A DNA stretch of 57,629 nucleotides from a virus (lineage: Duplodnaviria > Caudoviricetes): the IMG/VR virus record IMGVR_UViG_3300020044_003994, positions 1 to 57,629 of that record; one strand, given 5' to 3'. The notes beneath the pieces were generated by a model that was not told where the DNA came from, did not search any database, and saw nothing but the letters and a program-made list of their open reading frames with translations. Position numbers and translations under genes: made by a program. This document shows, piece by piece, positions 9,316 through 15,544 of the stretch (position 1 is its first letter; every line of letters begins with the position of its first letter).

Positions 9316-9460
9316 GTACCCTCCTTTTGTAACTGTCCATCAATAGCTTGCGAAACCACTTTGTCCCTCCTAGATTTAGCCATTCCTGGTATTCCCATTC
9401 ACGCAATCGAACGCCGACTGCTCGACCTGATTTCGTCAGATCACTCTTTGGTCTTGGCAT
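9281..9460 (-). CDS. Probable ribbon-helix-helix-like small DNA-binding protein
   Basis: Read by eye: MPRPKSDL..VGVRLREWEYQEWLNLGGTKWFRKLL; AAGGAG RBS. Confidence 0.55.
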   Translation of the reverse strand: MPRPKSDLTKSGRAVGVRLREWEYQEWLNLGGTKWFRKLLMDSYKRRVHEQYTQNKSGV

Positions 9461-9597
9461 TTGTGTCTGTCTCCTTCTGCCTTATTTAAAAACAACAGGT
9501 GGCATTGACTGCACTGCCACAACCTGCCTTTGGGCTGGATGCCAGCCGGGGGGAGGTGGATTCTGCCAAAGAAATTGCGTATCTGTTCAGCGATCAT
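9436..9597 (-). CDS. Small zinc-finger-like protein
   Basis: Read by eye: WQCSQCHLLFLNKAEGDRHKC. Confidence 0.6.
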   Translation of the reverse strand: MIAEQIRNFFGRIHLPPAGIQPKGRLWQCSQCHLLFLNKAEGDRHKCQDQRVI

Positions 9598-9815
9598 GGT
9601 TCTTGTGTCTCCTCTGAATGTTCATTCAATCTTTTTAATAGGCGCACAATCCGCTGTTCGTTGTAAGACACCACAGATTTGGCGTATTCGGCTGCACTCT
9701 CAGCCTCCAGCTTTCGCAATTGCGCCTCCCGCAGTTCCTTTGCAATGATTTCATGCAAGGTTCTGGGCCTCACAAAATCTACAAAGTATTTAGAAAATTT
9801 ATTCATCATTTTCAT
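9594..9815 (-). CDS. Small coiled-coil hypothetical protein
   Basis: GAGGG RBS; ELREAQLRKLEAE. Confidence 0.6.
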   Translation of the reverse strand: MKMMNKFSKYFVDFVRPRTLHEIIAKELREAQLRKLEAESAAEYAKSVVSYNEQRIVRLLKRLNEHSEETQEP

Positions 9816-9960
9816 TTGTCCCCTCACAGTTGTGTGCATCCGCCTGTGTTTTAAATTGAAAATGATGGCTGCATTTGGTACACCGCCATGCCTGACCGCT
9901 GGTTACTTTGGTAGTGTTACCAGATTCCCTGACCTGCCATGTGCGGACAAGCTCAATCAT
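9799..9960 (-). CDS. Small zinc-finger-like protein, paralog of 9436..9597
   Basis: WRCTKCSHHFQFKTQADAHNC; ATGA overlap at 9960. Confidence 0.6.
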   Translation of the reverse strand: MIELVRTWQVRESGNTTKVTSGQAWRCTKCSHHFQFKTQADAHNCEGTNENDE

Positions 9961-10109
9961 GCAGCGCCCCGCATTTCCCAGCCCAGCAAGAAATAATTCC
10001 ATCTGGTCTGCATGGCGGCGTTTACATACCGGCCCTTCTCCATTTTGAAGTCGGTGTCGATGTAGCCCCTGCTTCGCATCACTGCGAGGAATATTTTTTC
10101 TGGCCTCAT
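9957..10109 (-). CDS. Small protein, paralog of 9151..9315
   Basis: Read by eye: RYVNAAMQTRWNYFLLGWEM. Confidence 0.65.
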   Translation of the reverse strand: MRPEKIFLAVMRSRGYIDTDFKMEKGRYVNAAMQTRWNYFLLGWEMRGAA

Positions 10110-10603
10110 GTGTTCTTCTCCTTCAAGGCTTGCTCAATGGCCTTGGCAAATGTCCACGCATCAAGATCATCCATATAAGTTGCAGAAGCAGAGGCGGCAA
10201 TTACTTCCTCATCCATCAGCCCAACCCATGTGCGCTGTGGTGGGTAGTTGTTGCTACTGCAAGCCACGCATTCATACAGCACTTCTGCTTTGCATTCGGG
10301 GCATATAGGCTCTGTGCGCTGTGGTGGGGTGGTTCGGAACGACATTTCATCGTCAACGCACTTATCACCTACCTGACAGCGAACTCGATAACACCCTTTT
10401 GGGTTTTTAGCGTGTACGCATGGCTCTTGCTCAATCTCTTGCCCCAACCTTTGAACCTCACGCATGGGGTATTCCAATCGTTCTTTGGCGGCCACCAGTT
10501 TGGCAAATGCTACAAGTGCCTCAGAATATATGCCATCAAGGTGTGGGCGCATTCCAATCAATTTGCATTCTTGTGCCATCTCAATGATTTCATCTTGTGT
10601 CAT
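10106..10603 (-). CDS. Mosaic cassette protein (MTQDEIIEMA / PPQRT x2 / WVGL.DEE / LKEKNT modules)
   Basis: ORF track; internal 16-nt direct repeat at 10229 and 10313. Confidence 0.7.
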   Translation of the reverse strand: MTQDEIIEMAQECKLIGMRPHLDGIYSEALVAFAKLVAAKERLEYPMREVQRLGQEIEQEPCVHAKNPKGCYRVRCQVGDKCVDDEMSFRTTPPQRTEPICPECKAEVLYECVACSSNNYPPQRTWVGLMDEEVIAASASATYMDDLDAWTFAKAIEQALKEKNT

Positions 10604-10746
10604 TTCAGCACCTCTTGTTCCAACAAGGTCATGGCTTCGTCTATTCGTTCATACAGGTAATCGGGCATTCGGTGCTTATCTGCATATGACCATGATTCAA
10701 CCGCTGATAACAGCTTGATGATTTGTAGGATTTGTTCTTTTGTCAT
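10600..10746 (-). CDS. Small hypothetical protein, 48 aa
   Basis: Read by eye; ATGA overlaps on both sides. Confidence 0.6.
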   Translation of the reverse strand: MTKEQILQIIKLLSAVESWSYADKHRMPDYLYERIDEAMTLLEQEVLK

Positions 10747-10952
10747 AAAACCACCCACACGGCTTTACCGCCCGTAGGTTCAAATTCATCAAACTTCAAG
10801 CGGATGTACTGCTGACCCGGCACACCAGCAGACTGCACACACCCTTGAATGCCCCAACTCTTTAGTTCTGTCACCACTACCATGCAAGCCCCAAACATTT
10901 CTTTGTCGGGGTTGACTTGCACAATGTCTCCAACTTTTAAATCTTGTGTCAT
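10743..10952 (-). CDS. Small SH3/KOW-like beta-barrel protein
   Basis: LKVGDIVQV...VVVTE; ATGA overlap. Confidence 0.55.
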   Translation of the reverse strand: MTQDLKVGDIVQVNPDKEMFGACMVVVTELKSWGIQGCVQSAGVPGQQYIRLKFDEFEPTGGKAVWVVL

Positions 10953-11176
10953 GCTTGTCCCCTTGCTTGAATGGCATTGGCGCATTGCTGTTGAATGTCC
11001 CATTCGCCGCCATCGTCTTCTAGCTCTTCACACACCTTTGCACACGCCTCACGCTCCATCTCAATCGCACTGTTGACCAACTGCACCAGATGCGGGGTGG
11101 ATACCGTCCATGTGGTGTAGTGCTGGTTACTGTGAACAATGGATTTCAATCGAAAAATTACTTCATCTTGTTTCAT
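10949..11176 (-). CDS. Cassette protein (EREACAKVCE...ANAIQARG family)
   Basis: ATGA overlaps. Confidence 0.65.
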   Translation of the reverse strand: MKQDEVIFRLKSIVHSNQHYTTWTVSTPHLVQLVNSAIEMEREACAKVCEELEDDGGEWDIQQQCANAIQARGQA

Positions 11177-11316
11177 GCCTTGCCTCCATACCATCCATCA
11201 ACATACATTTCATAAAAGCCCCATGCAAGCAACCATTTCCAACTGAGTTCCTGATTGCGGGGATAGGTTATCTTTGCCATCATTAGGCAAGCGCCTTTTC
11301 CTGGTGGTGCTTTCAT
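11173..11316 (-). CDS. Small hypothetical protein, 47 aa
   Basis: Read by eye; ATGA overlaps. Confidence 0.5.
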   Translation of the reverse strand: MKAPPGKGACLMMAKITYPRNQELSWKWLLAWGFYEMYVDGWYGGKA

Positions 11317-11480
11317 ATCGACTCCCTGTATTCAAATTCCAATACCCAATACATCAGCTTGATGGTGAGCCAGCGGGGTTTCTTGTAGCAGGGCCACCTA
11401 ACCCCAATCCCGTTTACACCGCCAGGGAGTAACCACCAACCTACCGCCTTGGGCTGATTGAAGAATGTGTATTCACTCAT
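11313..11480 (-). CDS. Small Trp-rich hypothetical protein, 55 aa
   Basis: Read by eye; GAGGAG RBS; ATGA overlaps. Confidence 0.55.
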   Translation of the reverse strand: MSEYTFFNQPKAVGWWLLPGGVNGIGVRWPCYKKPRWLTIKLMYWVLEFEYRESI

Positions 11481-11647
11481 TTATCTTTCTCCTCTTCCAC
11501 ATATGCAGCCCACACAGCATCCAGCATATCTGCGGCTTTGTTCATTTTGTAGATCAGCGATCTATGCCTGTCCTCATCCAGCACCTCTGCGTAGCCACGC
11601 AACCATGCGGCCATGGTGAAGTATTGAAGTTTGCTTGGGTCAATCAT
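11477..11647 (-). CDS. Small hypothetical protein, 56 aa
   Basis: Read by eye; GAGG RBS; ATGA overlaps. Confidence 0.6.
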   Translation of the reverse strand: MIDPSKLQYFTMAAWLRGYAEVLDEDRHRSLIYKMNKAADMLDAVWAAYVEEEKDK

Positions 11648-11841
11648 ATTTTTCCTCTTGCGTTTAAATCATCCCAGTGACCGCCATAGATTTCTTCGCA
11701 TTGAACCCAATTGAACAGGTGTTGCCACATAGTTATCGTGTCGCCAACAGCGGCATATTGCCTTTCTGCTATATCCAAGTAGGTTGCCTTCATGCGCTCA
11801 ACATAGGATTCTCTTGTGTCATCTTTGTGTGGGATGCTCAT
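11644..11841 (-). CDS. Small hypothetical protein
   Basis: Part of ORF 11644..11862. Confidence 0.55.
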   Translation of the reverse strand: MSIPHKDDTRESYVERMKATYLDIAERQYAAVGDTITMWQHLFNWVQCEEIYGGHWDDLNARGKI

Positions 11842-11843
11842 GT

Positions 11844-12026
11844 TCACTCTTGTCTGATGCACACAAAGCGCAGTTCTTTCGCACTGTCTTTGACCAATGG
11901 CTTAGTGGAGTTGCCAGCGGCGGCACAGTGGGCCTCGCTCCTGAAGTTGGGGATGTGCGTCACCGACACACTATCGCCCTTGGCAAACACCCCGGCAAAA
12001 ACATAAAGTACAAGTGTCCAGCTCAT
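11844..12026 (-). CDS. Small protein with hydrophobic N-terminus and a Cys pair
   Basis: MSWTLVLYVFAG...F.SEAHC.AAG...C. Confidence 0.6.
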   Translation of the reverse strand: MSWTLVLYVFAGVFAKGDSVSVTHIPNFRSEAHCAAAGNSTKPLVKDSAKELRFVCIRQE

Positions 12027-12391
12027 TTCACCGCCCCTAACTGCGCCGCCATTGCTTCGCATTCGTTTACACAGAAGTCCAGAGTCTTCACGGTGTCGCC
12101 ATCAAAGTTCAGCGTCCTCCCCAGCAAAACCTTTTTGTATTCATCGCTCATCAACTCAGGGTCACGGGCATCCCCAAGATGGGCGCAGTCATACCCAAAC
12201 CACCACAGGTCATCTCTCATGCCAGCGTAGGTCACACCACCATGCACATCAAGGTCAACCTCGTTGTAATCTTTGCCGTACCACGGATGCTCTTTTGGCA
12301 CGGACACATACCCACAGCGGTGTCCCATGTCCTGGGCAATCACTACCGCCTTGAGTCCTGCTCTCGTTGTCCATTCCTTTTCTGCATTCAT
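12023..12391 (-). CDS. Conserved phage protein (CGYV, VHGGVTY, WWFGYDCAH)
   Basis: Characteristic metal-binding-like motifs. Confidence 0.75.
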   Translation of the reverse strand: MNAEKEWTTRAGLKAVVIAQDMGHRCGYVSVPKEHPWYGKDYNEVDLDVHGGVTYAGMRDDLWWFGYDCAHLGDARDPELMSDEYKKVLLGRTLNFDGDTVKTLDFCVNECEAMAAQLGAVK

Positions 12392-12558
12392 TTCTCGCCT
12401 CTCAGTTCTTTTTGTTGAATGTCAAATCGTTCTTTCCACTTCTGGTACTTGAGCGCACAGGCTTCGCATGCACACTCCCAGGTGAATTCATCAGGGTCAG
12501 CAACGCTGCCCTCTCTCTTGATTGGCGCTAGGCCAAAGCCAGATGGAAAGTCGCTCAT
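12388..12558 (-). CDS. Small hypothetical protein (CACEAC)
   Basis: Read by eye; ATGA overlaps. Confidence 0.55.
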   Translation of the reverse strand: MSDFPSGFGLAPIKREGSVADPDEFTWECACEACALKYQKWKERFDIQQKELRGEK

Positions 12559-12887
12559 CGCTTCATCCCCCGGATGTATGCAACAAAGCTTTGCACCGTG
12601 TCACGACCAAACGGCCCTGTGAACTTGGTCTCCAACTCTACAGCCACCTCCTCCAGCGTGTCGTTGCGGTGCAGGTGTACAAACTCTGCGGGGTGTGAGT
12701 GCACATCCATGTGTGCAACCTGCCGCTTGCGCCAGCCGCCTGTGTGTTCCCACTGGCCCTGCTTTAAGGCCAACTGCTCAAATGCTTCGTCTTCTGGGTC
12801 TTTCATTTTTGAATTGCTCCATTCCTCACAGTTGTTTACGCTCTTGAGGCCCATCGCTTGCGCCACTTTGCGGTCAAGGTCACTCAT
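12555..12887 (-). CDS. Cassette hypothetical protein (true start may be internal MKDPEDEAF)
   Basis: ORF track; ATGA junction. Confidence 0.6.
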   Translation of the reverse strand: MSDLDRKVAQAMGLKSVNNCEEWSNSKMKDPEDEAFEQLALKQGQWEHTGGWRKRQVAHMDVHSHPAEFVHLHRNDTLEEVAVELETKFTGPFGRDTVQSFVAYIRGMKR

Positions 12888-13108
12888 GTGTTCTTCTCCA
12901 GCACTTTGTTAGTCCACTCAACTTTGTAGATGCCGCCATCCTTGCCAAAGTCGATGCGTATGTTGCACTCAATCAGGTATGGATGCCTACTGTGCCCCAA
13001 CCCATCCATGTTTTGGTTTACACGGTAATACTTGCTTGCCGCCACCTTGCCTTGGTCTTCAACAGGCACGGTCTGTTGATACAGCGGTTCAGGTGTTTTG
13101 GATTTCAT
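12884..13108 (-). CDS. Cassette protein ending LEKNT
   Basis: Shared junction repeat. Confidence 0.6.
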   Translation of the reverse strand: MKSKTPEPLYQQTVPVEDQGKVAASKYYRVNQNMDGLGHSRHPYLIECNIRIDFGKDGGIYKVEWTNKVLEKNT

Positions 13109-13350
13109 GTGTGCTCCTTGAGTTTGGCTTCAATGGCTCTGGCAAATTCATACAAGTCCCAATCAACCATAAAACCTTTCATCTTCTTGGGCATTGAATC
13201 AATCACTTGTGTGATGGCTTCATCCGTCAGATCAACCCATTCACCCTTTGGACACAACGGCCACACTTGACCTAGTGGCGTGAACAAAGGGCAGTCTTGA
13301 TCTGTGCTGACCACGCCGTTGCTTGGGTCGTACCATGCGATTGGTTTCAT
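13105..13350 (-). CDS. Cassette protein (WVDLTDE...AIEAKLKEHT)
   Basis: Shared junction repeat. Confidence 0.7.
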   Translation of the reverse strand: MKPIAWYDPSNGVVSTDQDCPLFTPLGQVWPLCPKGEWVDLTDEAITQVIDSMPKKMKGFMVDWDLYEFARAIEAKLKEHT

Positions 13351-13580
13351 GTGTTCTTCTCCTTGAGTTTGGCTTGCGCAAAACGAACGCCACCATGAAA
13401 TGCCGCATAGTTATCTGATTTTTCTGCGTCAGGGTCTATTTCTTCATCCGTCAAGCCAACCCATTCCTTTGGGTGCAAGTACACAGGTACAAGTTCAGCG
13501 CCCATTGCGTTTTGGAATTGATGTTCACCGTAGATGAACAACCCCTCGCCATCCTTGCGGACATATCCGTATGGTTTCAT
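13347..13580 (-). CDS. Cassette protein (WVGLTDEE...AKLKEKNT)
   Basis: Shared junction repeat. Confidence 0.7.
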   Translation of the reverse strand: MKPYGYVRKDGEGLFIYGEHQFQNAMGAELVPVYLHPKEWVGLTDEEIDPDAEKSDNYAAFHGGVRFAQAKLKEKNT

Positions 13581-14107
13581 GCTCCCTCCAGCCTCGCTGG
13601 TTTCACGGCCTCAATCACAAACGCAAAAGAGTTTTCGTTTTCATCAATGAATAGCGCATTGAAGTCAGCTTTGTAGATGCTGCGGAAGTCGGACATGGAA
13701 GTATTACCAACACCCTTGCGGTAAATGTCCTGGCTTAAAAACGACAGGTTCTCCCTTTGCAGCACCCTCGTGTGGCTTGGATCCCCCAGTGCCCACACAG
13801 AAAACCTTGATGGGCAGGTCACAAATAACTGACCGCCCGGCTTCAAAATGCGCCACAACTCTGAAAACTGGGCAAAGAAAAACTTGTAGTCCCCCTGTGC
13901 GCCGGTATGCTCCAGCACCTCATAGGCGTGGATCTCGTCAAACTCATCATCCTCAAAAGGATATGGAATCTGCATCAAGTCCCACACTATGTCCGGCTTG
14001 TGGTCTGGGTTGTAGTCCAGCGTGGTCAGGTTTGTGAACCCTTGTCCGTCTGGGCCAAATAACCTGCGCTCGTGGTTTGACCCACATCCAATCAATAGCT
14101 GCTTCAT
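13577..14107 (-). CDS. Class I SAM-dependent methyltransferase (Methyltransf_11-like)
   Basis: LIGCG, PFEDDEFDEI...VLEH, RILKPGG, DPSH. Confidence 0.8.
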   Translation of the reverse strand: MKQLLIGCGSNHERRLFGPDGQGFTNLTTLDYNPDHKPDIVWDLMQIPYPFEDDEFDEIHAYEVLEHTGAQGDYKFFFAQFSELWRILKPGGQLFVTCPSRFSVWALGDPSHTRVLQRENLSFLSQDIYRKGVGNTSMSDFRSIYKADFNALFIDENENSFAFVIEAVKPARLEGA

Positions 14108-14229
14108 CAGTCTTTCCTTTCTTGTTCGTCCATCCAAAACCAAACCTCTGCGAGTGCGTACAGCACCATCCCAGCTACCGCTACACACAGCGCACCCAGC
14201 AAAAATATCGTTACCACTGTCTCACTCAT
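14107..14229 (-). CDS. Small membrane protein, 40 aa
   Basis: Read by eye; AAGGAG RBS; one TM helix. Confidence 0.55.
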   Translation of the reverse strand: MSETVVTIFLLGALCVAVAGMVLYALAEVWFWMDEQERKD

Positions 14230-14590
14230 CTGCACTCTCCTTCACAATGTTGCACTACTATACAACATTATTCATCTACCAGTTAGCTAGGGCTTTCACC
14301 TACCAGACAGGATGATGAGTTAAGCATACCTAACCCGTTGACCCTCCCTCCCCTGCTGGGGGCTTGGAGGATCAAGGCTCTTTACCAAGGCACTATGTCG
14401 GGTATGCCGACTATCGGGTAGCCACTCCGCCCTCCCCTGGGATCCCGATCCTTCTAGCTTTCGCCTGTTGGTCGATCATCTCCCAGTCAGTGGGGTATGT
14501 GTCATGAATGACAGCCTTGTATATCCCTTTCGCTTACGCTACTTGGGGGCGCGGGTCACGCCGAGCCGGTCTTTACAGTCTTCCCTTCGC

Positions 14591-14800
14591 TTCCACCGTC
14601 AGGGTCTGGTCGCTTGTACGTGTGATGGGGGGAGGATGTCTGTCCCCCGTGCTGGCACTACACGGCAGGAGTGGAAAGCAAAAAAGCCGTTAAGACAGAC
14701 CCCGGTGGAATGACACCAGCTTGTGGCTGGAGCAACCCCATTACGGGGTCGGGATCTGACTTAACGGCTTTCAATTGCATGGCATTCCACTGCCTAGCTG
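14591..14800 (-). ncRNA. Structured leader/attenuator with terminator-like hairpin and alternative pairings
   Basis: AAAGCCGTTAAG/CTTAACGGCTTT stem (14683-14771) followed by a U-run on the minus strand; repeated GTGGAA/TTCCAC complements. Confidence 0.65.
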
Positions 14801-14806
14801 GTGCAG

Positions 14807-14836
14807 ATTATTGCAGGAAGTTTCAGCGAATGTCAA
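14807..14836 (-). promoter_or_regulatory. Sigma70-like leftward promoter
   Basis: TTGACA-N18-AATAAT on the minus strand. Confidence 0.6.
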
Positions 14837-14928
14837 CACCCCATGCGCTTGAGGGTTAATAAATTGTTGGGGAGGAATTACCAGCGGTGGCGCAAACACT
14901 CCACAGAGGCGGCAACCACATGAACCAT

Positions 14929-14993
14929 CCAACACGGCTGGGGACTGTTGGCCTACTCCGAGAACCCCCAGAGTCAATCCCCATGCGTGTTAG
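14929..14993 (-). ncRNA. Constant-stem/variable-loop hairpin unit B
   Basis: CTAACACGCATGGGGATTG-N27-CAGTCCCCAGCCGTGTTGG. Confidence 0.7.
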
Positions 14994-15095
14994 TTGTTGG
15001 TGAGATTCGAACTCACGGAGGCCCAAGTATTGCCCATGACGGCACTCAAGTCTCTATAGTCATGTCACCAATAGACCAGACTCTGGCACAACTAC
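14992..15095 (-). ncRNA. tRNA-like RNA (class II shape) with an 18-nt anticodon loop; not a canonical tRNA
   Basis: Acceptor GTAGTTG/CAACAAC (6/7 pairs), D-arm CCA..TGG, stem CATGAC/GTCATG, variable arm, T-arm GTGAG-TTCGAAT-CTCAC; no encoded CCA. Confidence 0.7.
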
Positions 15096-15176
15096 CAACA
15101 CGGCTGGAGACTGTGTGTCCAACGAGCAAGAAGCCTCAATTGGCTACCTGTGGCTGGCAATCCCCATGCGTGTTAG
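15095..15176 (-). ncRNA. Constant-stem/variable-loop hairpin unit A
   Basis: CTAACACGCATGGGGATTG-N44-CAGTCTCCAGCCGTGTTGG. Confidence 0.7.
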
Positions 15177-15185
15177 CTGTTTATC

Positions 15186-15213
15186 AAAAAAATGGGATCT
15201 ACACAGACCCCAT
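15186..15213 (-). terminator. Rho-independent terminator
   Basis: ATGGGGTCT-GTGT-AGATCCCAT followed by a T-run. Confidence 0.75.
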
Positions 15214-15249
15214 AAGGAACGAACACATGAAGTGGCAACTGCTTACCAC
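15186..15249 (-). ncRNA. Candidate ~64-nt antisense sRNA (hairpin, seed, terminator)
   Basis: TATGAT -10 at 15256-15261; hairpin GTGGTAA/TTGCCAC; seed TTCATGTGTTCGTTCCTT; terminator. Confidence 0.6.
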
Positions 15250-15256
15250 GGCTCCA

Positions 15257-15544
15257 TCATACACATTTTTTTAAAATCTCCAAAGCCTCATCCACATTAT
15301 TGACAATAGCTAATAAGCCGCCCGTCCATTCATCAAAGAACTTCTGCTCCGCCTGTGTCAGCGCCCGCGCCGATGGAGACTTGTTTCCATCTTTGACCTC
15401 CAGCAGCAGCGTATAGCCTCTGTAGCCCACCAAAAGATCAGGGACGCCATCACCCATCGTTACCACCCGAACAGTGGCTCCACAGGCCCGCAGCGCAGAA
15501 ACAATTTGCTCCTGATTTGCATCCACTCTATTTGCTCTGCGCAT
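15257..15544 (-). CDS. VRR-NUC-like PD-(D/E)XK nuclease
   Basis: RVDANQ..IV.ALR..G, GVPDLLVGYRG, LLEVKDG, LT..E..F. Confidence 0.8.
   Translation of the reverse strand: MRRANRVDANQEQIVSALRACGATVRVVTMGDGVPDLLVGYRGYTLLLEVKDGNKSPSARALTQAEQKFFDEWTGGLLAIVNNVDEALEILKKCV

Noticed and set aside
14992-15095. Functional tRNA gene
   Set aside because: 18-nt anticodon loop, A-A mismatch in the acceptor stem and no CCA; reported as tRNA-like only
14929-15176. CRISPR mini-array
   Set aside because: Two different alternating arms pair with each other, spacers are unequal (27, ~100 and 44 nt), and there is no cas operon; better explained as RNA hairpins
14468-15303. Short ORFs across the control region
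   Set aside because: No convincing RBS or protein-like composition; overlapped by clear RNA structures
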